NCBI GenBank assembly: GCA_951406725.2
Contig: OX597816.1
Span: 135,346,001 to 135,410,000 of the forward strand
From: Octopus vulgaris
Taxonomy: Eukaryota
DNA length: 64,000 nucleotides
Reading direction: 5' to 3'
Both the position numbers and the translations under genes were made by a program. Numbering within the stretch: the first letter of the stretch is position 1; every line of letters starts with the position of its first letter. The notes beneath the pieces were generated by a model. It saw only the letters and a list, made by a program, of their open reading frames with translations. It did not search any database and had not been told where the DNA came from. Of the stretch, positions 1 through 13,235 are shown in pieces.

Positions 1-801
1 ATGTCCGTGCTCTCATCATTTGCAACCGAAAATGCAAAAAATTACTTGAACTTTGTGCTTCAGTTGCCTGTCCTAATCTGCAGAAATATCTGAAATCCTA
101 CCTGCTACAATGTTTCCCGTCAGGCTAATGTTGGCAAAAATCTGTCGCTTCTCAGAGCATACAATTTGTGCAACCTTCAGTATGTATGTTTTCACAAACT
201 CACCCTCACAGTACGGCTTTGATGCTAATAGCAACAAGGTAACTAGCTTTTACAGCTGCCTGGCTGATATCTCGGCTTTGGCTTAAAGCAGACTGTTGTT
301 TCTTCAGATCCGCTATCAATATATTTACCTTCTGTCTTATCATTTGTTCTTGCAAGTTATTGTATTTGTCGGCATGATGAGTCTCATAGGGGCACCAAAT
401 GTTATATTCCTTGAACACTGAAACCTGCTGCGAAAACACCAGGCGCCCAGGTTTCCCATTCACTTCTACGAATAAATAAGAAACGGACCACTTTTCTTGA
501 AATAATCTACACTCTGTATCCACTTTTCTCCTTTTTTGTTAAAGATATTTTGGGTAAGGTAAAACAGAGAGAAATGTTAACTTAAAAAAGGAAAACATTG
601 TTAGTCATTGAATTAATTTCAATAAAATATATTTATTCCAATACGATATTTAAACAAATCAGTCATACTGAAACAATCAACTTTCATAATAATAAGTAAG
701 TAAATATATAATTTTTACACTTTTGAAAGTCATCTCGCGAGCCGGATGAAACCCTGCAGCGGACCGGTTCCGGCTCGTGGGCCATATGTTTGACACCCTT
801 G
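1..801 (-). mobile_element. hAT (Charlie/SPIN-like, GTF2IRD2/EPM2AIP1-type) DNA transposon, 5' part with decayed transposase; continues off the window edge
   Basis: Minus-strand translation RKVDTECRLFQEKW..YLFVEVNGKP..VFKEYNI..YETHH, then after a frameshift EGEFVK...ISL...RISDISAD*..FAFSVANDESTD (DESTD holds the first catalytic Asp). Terminus CAAGGGTGTCAAACATATGGCCC ends at 801, flanked by ctctaaaa (Charlie-type NTCTANAN site). Confidence 0.88.
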
Positions 802-867
802 CTCTAAAAATTTGAGATACTTTGAAATGTTCTCTGTCTCCTCTTCTTTCAACCATTCTTTATCCAT

Positions 868-1100
868 TTTATTGGTCAGAAAATCTGTCCCGATACTGAC
901 AAAGCCAGTAGGTTGTTGCAGATGACGCATATAATATTGTAAGTGCTTAGAGCTCTCTTGATAATCCTTGCTACTCCTAAGAAACTTCCCGCGAGAGCTC
1001 TATAGAGCATTATATTCCAATCTCCTTTAGCCATTTGTCTATATCCTTGCTTACTGTTTCCAACGCACCAATTATTATAGACACGACCTTGACAGTTATT
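868..1100 (-). mobile_element. 3' end of an RLE-type (R4/Dong-like) non-LTR retrotransposon, 5'-truncated, abutting (TAA)n
   Basis: Minus translation ITVKVVSIIIGALETVSKDIDKWLKEIGI*CSIEL../FLGVARIIKRALST matches the C-terminal VVPIIIGALG...LLGTARIIR motif of R4/Dong ORFs; short 3' UTR ending near AATAAA; 5' junction lies in the (AAT)n tract. Confidence 0.72.
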
Positions 1101-1101
1101 C

Positions 1102-1102
<1 letters not shown>

Positions 1103-1175
<73 letters not shown>

Positions 1176-1181
1176 GTTATT
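1103..1181. repeat. (TTA)n microsatellite
   Basis: Near-perfect trinucleotide run; source of the poly-N/I/L ORFs. Confidence 0.97.
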
Positions 1182-1182
1182 A

Positions 1183-1350
1183 CTAGCAGAATCGCTAACA
1201 CGCCGGACGAAATGCTTACTGGTATTTCGTCTGTCTTTATGTTCTGAGTTCAAATTCCGCCGAGGTCGACTCTGCCTTCCATCCAGTAGCGAACTGGGTC
1301 AATCTCATCGACTGGCCTTCTCCCCCCAAATTTCGGGCCTTGTACCTAGT
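1183..1350 (+). mobile_element. SINE family A (tRNA-derived head, central GGTCGACTTTGCCTTTCATCC domain), internally deleted, short tail
   Basis: GCAGAATCGCTAACACGCCGGACGAAATGC..GAGTTCAAATTCCGCCGAGGTCGAC matches many other copies in the window. Confidence 0.85.
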
Positions 1351-1399
1351 TTCGGGTTCAATCCTACTACAGGTTCCATCTATCCACTGATTGATAGAT

Positions 1400-1421
1400 C
1401 CTGTGTGGAAGCCCGTCGTAT

Positions 1422-1480
<59 letters not shown>

Positions 1481-1740
1481 CTCTAGCTCAAGTTCCGAGA
1501 CTGAACTGAACCCACCACCGCTTGACAAATAGTATTGGTTTGTTCACGCCCCCTGTAACTTAACAGTTCAGCAAAAAGAGATCAATAGATTAAGTACCAA
1601 ATTTAAAAGTAAGTATTGTGGTCAATTTGTTCGACTAAAACCCTTAAAGACGATGCCCCAGCATGGCTGCAGCCCAAATGACTGAAGCGAGTGTAGCTGT
1701 GCGGTAAAAAGTTTGCTTCTCAACCACATGGTTCCGGGTT
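1400..1740 (+). mobile_element. Rearranged SINE family B pieces (3' half 1514-1690, then a head 1690-1740)
   Basis: GAAGCCCGTCGTA, CGCTTGACAA, CAGCATGGCTGCAG..ATGACTGAA and GCTGTGCGGTAA..AACCACATGGTTCCGGGTTCAG match full family B copies. Confidence 0.75.
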
Positions 1741-1782
1741 CAGTTCAGTCTCGGAACTTGAGTTAGAGTCTACACACACACA

Positions 1783-1877
<95 letters not shown>

Positions 1878-1887
1878 ACACACACAT

Positions 1888-1940
<53 letters not shown>

Positions 1941-2009
1941 CATATATATAAAACCAAGGGAAGATGAAAGAGGCTAGATCGGTTTAGCATGCATGTATAT
2001 CTTCTATCT

Positions 2010-2130
2010 TTTATCTTTTAATTGTTTCAGTCAGTGAACTGTGACCATGCTGGAGCGCCGCCCGAAGGGTTTAGTCGAAGAAATCGACCCCAGTACATAC
2101 TTTTTTTTTTATACCTGGTACTTATTCTAT
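2010..2130 (-). mobile_element. SINE family B 3' tail fragment
   Basis: TGTTTCAGTCAG..CCATGCTGGAGCGCCGCC..GTACTTATTCTAT. Confidence 0.75.
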
Positions 2131-2357
2131 GGTTTTAAATTTCTCCATGATTCACTCTGTTCTTTATCCTTCCAGTTTGATAAAATATATACCAGTTATA
2201 TACTGGACCCGATTTCATCGATATTCTAACTTTAGAAAGCATTAATTTCCTTATTATTATCAGCATTAACAACATGTAACCCGTGATTATATAAATTCAA
2301 TTCAGTTTTATAACGGATGTAGGATGTTCCTTTCAATACAATCGACTGTTGTTCTAT

Positions 2358-2417
2358 TATGTATGTATGTATGTATGTATGTATGTATGTATGTATGTAT
2401 GTATGTATGTATGTATG

Positions 2418-2451
<34 letters not shown>

Positions 2452-2560
2452 TGTATGTATGCATGCATGTATGTATGTATGTATGTATGTATGTATGTAT
2501 GTATGTATGTATGTATGTATGTATGTATGCACGCATGCATGTGTGTGTATGTGTGTGAGT
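2358..2560. repeat. (TATG)n microsatellite (representative of many such tracts in the window)
   Basis: Long tetranucleotide run. Confidence 0.97.
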
Positions 2561-2933
2561 GCGCGCCCGCACGTGCTTCTAAGATCCACCACTTGACCTT
2601 CAATGAATGCTTTGTGCATTTCAATCGATTGAGGATTGTCTTTGAATTGAAAACATCCGTTTTTGTCATGCGGTTAAGGTTGAAAAATGTAGGAAACTTG
2701 ATTAATATACTTTTATACAGAACGGTGATCATGTGGAATGACAAGGCATTTTTATTACCAGCTTTGTATTTATTTTAGCTAAAATTTATTTTGGATGTTG
2801 TATGTGTGTCTGGGTGCAGTGATAGTAGTGGCTGTGATGGGAGAAGTGTACTGCACGCCAGAAATAAATTGATAAACGAATAAAATAGATGCTTGTCTGT
2901 CTAAATTTAGTTGGTAGAAATACTACAGTTTTA

Positions 2934-3387
2934 TTAACTCTTCAGCATTGAAACCAACCATATCTGGCACAAATATTCTGCTTGTTTTACGTTCAAACTG
3001 GCCGTATCCGACCTCTTACACCTACCCTACAATATCATTCTAAAAATAAGCAATGACATCATTGAAATATGGAAGCTACGAGCTAATGTATGGTTAATTC
3101 AAAGCAATGTAAATAAATAAACATTGCATTTTACAGAATAATCTGAATACTCTTTTACTCTTTTACTTGTTTCAGTCATTTGACTGTAGCCATGCTGGAG
3201 CACCGCCTTTAGTCGAGCAGATCAACCTCAGGACTTATTCTTTGAAAGCCTAGTACTTATTCTATCGGTCTCTTTTGCCGAACCGACAAGTTACGGGGAT
3301 GTAAATACACCACCATCGGTTGTCAAGCGATGTTGGGGGGACAAACACAGATACACAAACGTATACACACATACATACATACATACA

Positions 3388-3472
<85 letters not shown>

Positions 3473-3634
3473 GACCGACTTCTTTCAGTTTCCGTCCACC
3501 AAATCCACTCACAAGGCTTTGGTCGGCCCGAGGCTATAGTAGAAGGCACTTGCCCAAGGTGCCACGCACTGAGAATGAACCCAGAACTACGCGGTTGGTA
3601 GGCAAACTACTTACCACACAGCCACTAGAGTTAA
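2934..3634. mobile_element. piggyBac-like TTAA-bounded MITE (~220 bp of its own sequence) interrupted near its end by a SINE B
   Basis: Begins TTAA-CTCTTCAGCATTG at 2934; the matching end ..ATCTGAATAC|TAGAG-TTAA is split by the SINE at 3149-3626. Confidence 0.6.
3149..3626 (-). mobile_element. SINE family B, near full length, with internal (CATA)n(TA)n
   Basis: Head GTGGCTGTGTGGTAAGTAG..GGGTTCA..CACCTTGGGCAAGTG, internal microsatellite, tail GACTGAAACAAGTAAAAGAGTAAAAGAG. Confidence 0.92.
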
Positions 3635-4299
3635 TATAATCCCATCATTTGAGACTATTCTAACTAAAGGTAGTGGTTTGGCAGAATCGTTAAAGAGAAT
3701 GCCTTGTGGTATTCAATCACTATCATTTATGTTCTGAGCTAAAATGTCACCAAGGTCGACTTTGCTTTTCATCAAACCGGGGCAATAAAATACATATCGA
3801 TTACTAGAAACTTCGGGCCGATGTACGTCACTTGTATACTGGTCGTCTATCTGACTGTTCTATAATAAACAGTTGCTGCACGTCGTTCAGCTCTGATGGC
3901 CTACGGATGATGCTCATTTTAACAGTTTGTTGTCATTGCTGTCTGAAATAAAACATCCCGACTGAAGCTTCTGTAAGTTTGTTTCGGTGTCTTTGAATCT
4001 TTTGTGAACAGAGCATGCGCTAGCTTGAAGACGCGGCGTCTATTTTATGCTGAGCTAGTATAATAGTTTTGGTTTTTATAGAGTGTTGTTGCTGAATCGT
4101 GTCATTTATGAAGTAAAATGTTAATCACGACGAAACTAAAAGTACTAAAAGTAAAAGATTGCCTGGTCATACTGGGATAGACTTTGTTGTTGCATCTCAC
4201 AGTCCCTGTCGATGCATGAGAAATCCTTTTCAAACACCCAGACACTTATAAAACTAGTACGACCACGTATACAACAACGTGTAACAATATACATAAAAA

Positions 4300-4512
4300 T
4301 GAGCCAATCACGGAGATTCTAGAGTGTTACTTGACTGCGAGATTTAGCGACCATTTTCCCTCAGATCACATCCAACCACCTTAAAAATAAAGAAAAGAAA
4401 ATCATTAGACAATGTGGTGTTAAATATCTCTAAAAAGACCGAATAATTAATTTGGTATGCTTTTGATCATAGGTTTGTTCAATAAATGATAGTAGTGAGC
4501 TAAACAACAACT
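4300..4512 (+). mobile_element. Old dispersed repeat family C (SINE-like, ends ..GCTAAACAACAAC); related copies near 5380-5660, 15580-15650, 25700-26720, 37310-37530, 48640-48790, 49280-49680, 58870-59020
   Basis: Shared motifs CCCTCAGATCACA, ATGCTTTTGATCATAGGT and GCTAAACAACAAC recur in both orientations. Confidence 0.55.
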
Positions 4513-4849
4513 ACTACTGCAACATATCTTATCTCTCCTACCCAGTCCTGACTAAAAAAAAAAAAGAAGAAGGTAACATACATACAGAAATAGCTTCAGA
4601 AACAAGAACCCTATTTGCGACAATTATTATATTAGGATGCACATCGTTTAATAAATGTATAGTAACAGGAACTGTCACATTCTGACTGAGTCTACCATAC
4701 AAGATTTCTACAGGCCTACAAGAATAGACTAGATATTTAAGAAAGAGCATATATCCAGAATATTGGGCTGTATCCTGTACGATTCATCTCTTGCATATTG
4801 GTGTGTGCAATACTGTCCTTAGTTAGGTGAAGACAGTTATATCTGTAAA

Positions 4850-5391
<542 letters not shown>

Positions 5392-6329
5392 TATGCTTCG
5401 TTGTTAGACCGGCTAACTGGATATCATAAGATTGCTTGGTCAAGATGACCTTGGGCTACACAACAACAACTTTTGTTATGAACTAATAAAGAAGTATCTA
5501 CGGAAGGTTTTACAGCCAAATCTCCTTCAGATCACATCCTACTGTCTCAACTTGAACGTACACCATATTTGAAAAATAAGATAGATAGCATTGATTGTAA
5601 TGCATTTGGTCGTAGCTGCCTTCGATTTTGGATGACTTGGAGTTAAACAACAACTCTGAGTACTTAGCAGCATTAGTGTTATCAAATGCAATGACATGGG
5701 GAGTTCTTTTTGGATTACTCTGACCAAAGATAAGAAATCAAGCGTTTACTCAAGGAAGACAGGCGTATTATTTGATGTTTCGTATTATTTGATATTTTTG
5801 TACAGGCGTACTAATTGATTATTATTTGTGCTTTGTTGTCAGTGACAGTTCCATCTGTATCCAGCGTTTTTGCATCTTTCCGTAACGTTCCAAGCTTTTG
5901 TTTGGCTCTATTGCAAATGGTGAACATATATTTCTCTCTCACCGGATTGTTTACGGTAACACCCTTTTCATTGCCTGTTTAATTCAAACAACTATTGCTT
6001 TGCGTTTTATTGGCTCCAATGTTGGTCATTCGTCCGAGTTTTCATCCTGGTGGTATATGTGTTAAAGGTTAGATATCGCATGTCTCTTTTCGCCTGTGAT
6101 CTATTTTTCTGGTGTAACTAGCACACATTTAGAGCTAATCTTTTGTTTATTAAGTATTCCAAGTAATGATTCCTTTTAAATATTCTATTTCATTATATCA
6201 AAATTATAACATGATATAAATTACTTTTGGTATTGTTTACTTGTGGGAGAGTAGCTTACTGGGAGTAGAACGGTAACAAAACCTACTTAACACTTTAGTG
6301 TCTTAGATTACCTTCCTGATTACGTGTGT

Positions 6330-6375
<46 letters not shown>

Positions 6376-6619
6376 CTTTGAGAGTTTTATTTAAGTTCTT
6401 CTTCAGTGAGCTCAAGCCGGTCGCTAACAAAGTTACATGACTTTTTAAGTTAAGACTTCCCGGTGTTTGTAAATATGTTGTTTGAGTTGGTTGAGTAGCT
6501 GTGTTGGTTGAACTATCGATGCATATACCCATATATGCACGTATGTATGTATGTATGTATGTATGTATGTATGTATGTATGTATGTATGTATGTATGTAT
6601 GTATGTATGTATGTATGTA

Positions 6620-6652
<33 letters not shown>

Positions 6653-6677
6653 ATGTATGTATGTATGTATGTATGTA

Positions 6678-7790
6678 GGGGAGACCGGGTCTAGTTGTTA
6701 CATTTTTTTCATTTTTTTGTCTTGGCACCCACAGAAATGAACCCAGCTGAAGTTTGTTTTCAGATTTAATTAGTAAAACATCTCTATTTATTGTTATCAC
6801 CAGTAAAACAAACAGAAATTACATAACATTAATTAGACAAGTTCTAATTAATGAGGTGGTGTCAGCTGTAACAATTTTCTCCGAGTGCGGAGTACGTTGT
6901 GACACTTACTGGGGCACTTTGTTACAACTGTCGATAACTCGGAATTGTTAACGAACAAGTTTAAAATGAATACATCTCCTGCTTCTTGCATCTAGGAAGT
7001 ATCATTTTAATTAATTAACTGTACTTTGAACCACCTCATATCCTAACTGTGATACTGAGAGTCCTCATCAGCCAATTTCCCCATTGTTACATGTACCATC
7101 TAGTCGGAATCGTCCTCCATTAACTTCTCACCACACAGATCATACAGAAAGTCCTGTCGTCCATCGGTACAGTCATTGTGTGCCCAGTCTTTACAGATCA
7201 TGCATTGCACCCATTCTTCACCCGGAAGGGAGTTAGAATACCAATCTGAGCAGACAAGATATTTCAATCGGTGACTTGCTCGCTGCGAGGCTTCTTCCCT
7301 TTGCTTTTAGCTGTTTTAGTTGACTTTCCCTTCCTTTTTGTTGACTTTTCTGTACCAGTTGCCTTCTTTTGTTTGGATTTCCGTTCGTTTATTTCATCCA
7401 CTATGCGCTATTTTACGGCAACATTCCGTAACGTTTTCTTTTCATCCGCAACCTTTTTGGCGGCTCTTTCCATGACATCAGGAGGGGTATCCCCCCTTGT
7501 AGTCTTCTTTTTGTAATTTCTAGGCATGGCGTGTTAAACTGAAACAAAACAGAAGGGGTAAATATATTTAAGGACATAATGTCTCCAAAGTTAAACTGAT
7601 GTTATTCTTGTGCTTGTTGGGCTGTACATGCATACAATATAGTATGTAGTTTATATCTAATGTACTAATTGTATGTCTAATATGTTTATGGTAATGTGCA
7701 GAGTGACATTATATTATATAAAACTTGTAATCGTTTGCAAAACTTTTTAATGTTTACATTCTTTTACAGTTCTGTAACAAGTAATCACCG
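6678..7790 (-). mobile_element. Internally deleted pogo-like DNA transposon (HTH_psq N-terminus, PHD-finger C-terminus)
   Basis: Terminus TA|GGGGAGACCGGGTCTAGTTGTTACA at 6678; contains the pseudogene at 7100-7527; second TIR not found, so the right boundary is uncertain. Confidence 0.62.
7100..7527 (-). pseudogene. Transposase remnant: MPRNYKKKT/HTH start joined to a Lys-rich linker and a decayed PHD finger
   Basis: MPRNYKKKTTRGDTPPDVMERAAKKVADEKKTLRNVAVK*..KRKGKSTKTAKSKGKKPR../YLVCSDWYSNSLPGEEWVQCMICKDWAHNDCTDGRQDFLYDLC; stop, frameshift and two Cys->Tyr changes; acceptor-like gttttgtttcag just upstream of the ATG. Confidence 0.75.
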
Positions 7791-8887
7791 ATGTCAATGT
7801 CTGTTCTTAAAACAAATTCGCTCCATTCTACCGTGACGACCTTTAAGTTGACGATGACGAAATCGGGACAGATGACAACGTAATCGAGACTGGAGTTAAC
7901 GAAATTAATGCTTATGATGTCGAATTTGAGGGTGACGCTGACAAGAATGAGGTTGATAATAACGAATTAGGGGGAGGGGGAGACCACTAATGTTACTCAC
8001 ATGGGAAAAGCTGAAGTTATTTCGTTTGCTCTAACTTGATTCACACTGACAACATTTCTGAGATATTCATAAAATGTTGGTTCTTCTCCCAAACGAACTT
8101 CATGAATGTTAATGAGACATTGAATACAGATTCTTAACTACAGCATTTTAATAACTTCGGGAGACGACTGTTCTCCTTTGCCTTTGGCAGTCAGTCTCTT
8201 AGTGTTTCTCGTTATTCTGACGTTAGACGGAAAACATTACGCCTTCTTTCGTTTCAATTTCGTTGGCAGAATTATTAGAGTCGGCCAAATGACTGCAGAT
8301 TTTAATTACAGCCCTTTAATTTACGAGTTCAAATCGCGCTGATGTCAACTCTGCCTTTCATTCTTTTCCAGCTTTAATAAAATAAAGTACTATTCAAGCC
8401 GTGAGGCAGATTTGATATCGGAACAATGCATTCATATATAATGTGAATGGAATTATCATTGATCTTGGTCCGCTAGATCTATTCTAATTATAGAAAAAAA
8501 TAGATGCACTTTACATGTAGCGAAAGTTGCGGTCTGATATCTTCCAGATGTGACTAAGATTGAACAACTTGTAATGGAATCAGTTCTATGACCCGAAAAC
8601 AAAATTAGTTTTGTTTCCACGTACGGCTTTACGTCATCGTGCTCAGCAGTGCGCGCGTGCTTCAGCATGTATGTGTATGTGAATGTATTTAATTGCATGT
8701 AAGGATGCACTTATGTGTTTACATGCAGATAAGTATCTCTTGTTCTAGTTGGTTTTGGGAAATTGTTAGTGAATATCTTCGTACGAAAGCAAAGTTATTA
8801 ACTACTTTATAATTGTTCTGATATAAACATTTGCAACAGCTTGTCTACACAACTGATATATACGTGTGTATATCTATCTATCTATCC

Positions 8888-8978
<91 letters not shown>

Positions 8979-9111
8979 TGTATGTATGCATGTATGTATG
9001 TATGTATGTATGCATGCGTGTGTGTGTGCAGATTTTAATTCTTCCAGGGGTAATACTTGTTTAGGAACTTCTATTTTATGGGTGTTTTGTTGCGGTATAC
9101 ACGTGCGCGTG

Positions 9112-9142
<31 letters not shown>

Positions 9143-9528
9143 CCTCTCTCCCTTTTTCTCTCTCTCCCTCTCTCTCTCTCCCCCCCCCCCCTCTCTCTCT
9201 CTCTCTCTCGTGCGTGCACGTATATGTGTGCTTGTCTGTAACAACGTTGTAGCTTGCTTGAAGCATTGTGATAAGGAAGTAAAATAGATATAAACGAAGA
9301 ATTTCTTACAATGCAGAAACAGAAATAGATTTAATAACTTTATTATATGTTTCAGGCACAAAGGTCTATCGTCAAAATTAAATAACCCGAAAATCATCGG
9401 TCCATTCAAATAATGTCAAATGTTAGTTGTGGTGTGGACAAGGAAGGTAGAAGGGTTGGTCGTAAACAAAGGAAGTGGGCCTACGGCATACCGTGGTAGT
9501 AGCAGCAGTGAGCACATAACATATATGT

Positions 9529-9593
<65 letters not shown>

Positions 9594-9604
9594 CTTTCAC
9601 ACAC

Positions 9605-9818
9605 ACAGAGTTGTGAAAAGTTCCTTGCTTTGGGTAAAAAAAATACAGGAGGATCAGTTAATTATGATTTTATTCAACAAATTCCCCTCTCAAATTCGCA
9701 CACTTATTGCAGCGGTCTTTCAATTTTTCTAAGACCTGTAAAAGAACACGGAAGGTTGGGCCTCCAGCCAGACCTTTCGCAACACTCTTAAAGTCAGGAA
9801 CTTTTCAGCACCCCTTCG
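9605..9818. mobile_element. Mariner-derived MITE
   Basis: Inverted ends ..TGAAAAGTTCCTTGCTTT / AAAGTCAGGAACTTTTCAGCACCCCTTCG|TA; interior resembles the mariner transposase 3' end on the minus strand. Confidence 0.65.
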
Positions 9819-9885
9819 TACATACATGAAAGTTTGGTTTTACAACTGGGAGAAACAGGGTTCAATATGTAATATAGTGCATAAG

Positions 9886-10085
9886 ACGGCGAGCAGGTAG
9901 AGTCGTTAGCACGCCGGGCAAAGTGCTTAGCGCCATTTTGTCCATTTTTACGTTCTGTGTTCAAATTCCGCCGAGGTTGACTTTTTCTTTCATCCTTTCG
10001 AGGTCGATAAAATAAGTACCGTTTGACTCCTGGAGGCGATGTAATCGACTTCCCTCCTTGCCTTGTGCCAAAATCTAAAACCAAT
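9886..10085 (+). mobile_element. SINE family A, short-tail type
   Basis: GGCGAGCAGGTAGAGTCGTTAGCACGCCGGG..TTCAAATTCCGCCGAGG..CCTTGTGCCAAAA. Confidence 0.88.
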
Positions 10086-10615
10086 TTGTAATACAGAGTA
10101 TATGTAATCTTTTAGTAGATGAAAATTGCTACCGAAGTGATTCAGTGGGCTATAATTTAATGTCGTTGCACTTACATCTATTTCAGTTATCCTTCGCTCA
10201 AAAGGGTATCAAACTATACTAATTAGATATTTAAATGCAAGTGAATGCACAGTTCCTTTGCCGCGGTCTAATAAATCTGCTAAAAATATTGTTCTACACC
10301 TACCTGTACACTGTTACTTTCTTATATTTCTTTCTCCTTGAACATTGGCTCAGATGCGTGTGCGTATATACATACATAGTTACACACACACACACACACA
10401 CACATGTATTTAGTCTTAGAACCTATAAGTCAGAAAAAGCATATACTTGTCAATAGAGTGGATATATTAGCATTTATGCTAAAGAGTATTTATAGGTTCA
10501 GTTCAGTTAATTTAAACAGTCAATTTCACACACGAGTTAGAGAAGACCCTAATACGGCGCTAGTCAGAAGGGCCAACGAAACTGATTGGTAAAATCGGCT
10601 GAAATGGCTTTATAA

Positions 10616-10704
<89 letters not shown>

Positions 10705-10802
10705 CTTTTATTTGCCTGTCATTTGACTGCGGCCATGCTGGAGCACCGCCTTTATATATTTATATATATGTATAAATATATATTTATATATGTATATATA
10801 TG

Positions 10803-10922
<120 letters not shown>

Positions 10923-11825
10923 CATGTATGTATATACATATATATATATGTAAACCTTTATATATGTGTATGTATATTTACGTGTGTGTGTGTGTTCGGT
11001 TAAAAATATCATTGCATAGGTAGCTGAGAAGGGTTTTAAAATGAAAATACTGAAATGATGACAGGGTATATGAGGCGGCATACATTAAAATATTTATTAA
11101 GCATGTGTAGATTAATGTAGGTTAAAGAAAAAATATATATCCATTAAAGAAAACGTATATACCCATACATAGGGGGAGAATTATTGACTAGGAAGGAGGT
11201 GTTTAAGTTTCGGTGCTGTTTGGGCAAATGAAAAAGAACACATGGAGATAGGAAACGTACACTGAAGTTCATCATACCATGTAAGATAAAAAAAAGAAAG
11301 ATATTTGGAGAAATAGAAGAAATTTGCTATACTAGACATTTGAATGGTATATGGTGGATAAGCTTCACTGTAATATGGCTGTTGTAACATTAGTTGATAA
11401 CACCGAGCAGGAGATATATGTACGTATTATCTACGTTACTTCGTAATATCTGGGGAAAAGGTTGGCTTGTTGAACTCACGAAGGGAGAAATGTAAGGTCA
11501 AGACTGTGCCAGTTTGTTTATGTTATTTACGACTTGTGAGTAAAAGTTAGAAACAAATGCAATGCTTGTACTGAGAGAAGCTGAAGTAATATGGTGGAAT
11601 AATGTTATGAAGGAGATTAACTTCATTGCACCATGATATGCAATGCCTTATAGTATGTAGAAACGTGTGGTAGCTTTATGCGTGTATGTGGTAAACGTGC
11701 AATTTTAGCCTCATTTTACCATATAGATACTGTGATCGAAAAACATTTCTTTTTCCTCTCTGAGACAAGAAAACTAATAATAGGTGATAAGCCTAACAAG
11801 TGACAGAGTTTACTCCCCACCCCGC

Positions 11826-11964
<139 letters not shown>

Positions 11965-12996
11965 GATCCATTCATCAGAGAATGGTGAGCGGTTTTTCTA
12001 CTACAGAAACCGATCTCTAATAAAACAGCAAAAACGGCGTAACAATTCGGGACGATTTTCCTTTTCTCATTACAAGGAAAGAAAAGAAACAAGCAAAACA
12101 GACATGTAGTTTAACCACATGATCTATTTGAAACAGTGTGGCTAAAAACGTGTTCACTAAATCCATCTCAGTAAGTCTCCTTTACATCTCTTGTTTATCG
12201 CCACCAAGTGCAACCTAGTACTTCACTTAATACATGTGCCAAATTAATTAATACATGAAAATTAAGGCAGACCAGCAAAAATATATTTACCTTGTATCTT
12301 GAGAATATGCCCTCACCACTTCTCTCCTTCAAGAAAATACTAGTTCCTGTCCTTCTAGTATACTTTAGTGGAACCTAAAATCTTGACTCTTCCTAAATAG
12401 AGCAACTGCTTCCGTCTAGTTTCCAGGTCAAATTAATAAATGCTTCATCAATGCCAAGCATACTACCCACACATTTGATTGCTTACAACTCGGTATATTA
12501 CTGATATCAGTCCTACTATCAGTATATAAAAATTACGGCGAGTACCTGGACGTAGATTTCATTGTTGTTATTTCTTAAATGTATGAAGGAAGAAAATGGA
12601 AAGTGCATGAGAAAGTTACGAATATCCACTTCATTCTCTTGAGCTTTTAAGATTTCTCGTTGAATATTCTCTTAACTCTAACTCTGCCTGAAGCATCTTC
12701 ATACTCGAGAGTCGTTAAAAGCTATTCAGTTACTACTTCCTTGTCACTTGCTAGGCTAAAATGCCATCTTGTTCAAGGTCATAAGTACGATGACAAAGAC
12801 GAAGTGTAACTGGTTGTTTTTCGCAAAATGCATCATTAGCTGTGTGAATCAACATTCAAAGTTTGAAAACTAAATGGATGTAAGTAGCACATATGATTGC
12901 CACAACTCAAGCAGGGAAAGGATTCGAAAAAGAAAAGCAATAAAAAATCAATATAATTCTAAAATTTTCATTAACAGAAATAACATTTATCTGGAT

Positions 12997-13235
12997 TAGT
13001 GTTCCTCAACCGGGGTCCATATATGATTTTGTTGTTGAAATTTATCCTGCAATAAATCGATTATACATCTACAATGCACAAAATATTTTAACAATTTTTT
13101 AAATGCAATTCCTATTCATATTTAATTATTGAAATATAATTCGATTTTTTAAATCATCAAATGGATAAGAGGACCCATCCGAGTAAAATAGGAATCAAAG
13201 GGGTCCATAGGTAAAAAAATGGTTGAGGAACACTA
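12997..13235. mobile_element. hAT-type MITE (239 bp)
   Basis: Perfect 15-bp TIRs TAGTGTTCCTCAACC / GGTTGAGGAACACTA; subterminal GGGGTCCAT repeats; TSD decayed. Confidence 0.8.

Noticed and set aside
2232-2778. Long ORFs made of YVCM/HTYI, CVCV, LSLS, YIYI or ERER repeats here and throughout (e.g. 33725-34372, 45643-46173, 61424-62257)
   Set aside because: Translations of stop-free microsatellites, not genes.
12291-12375. Possible ~84-nt minus-strand exon (VPLKYTRRTGTSIFLKERSGEGIFSRYK)
   Set aside because: Weak acceptor, no homology and no partner exons.
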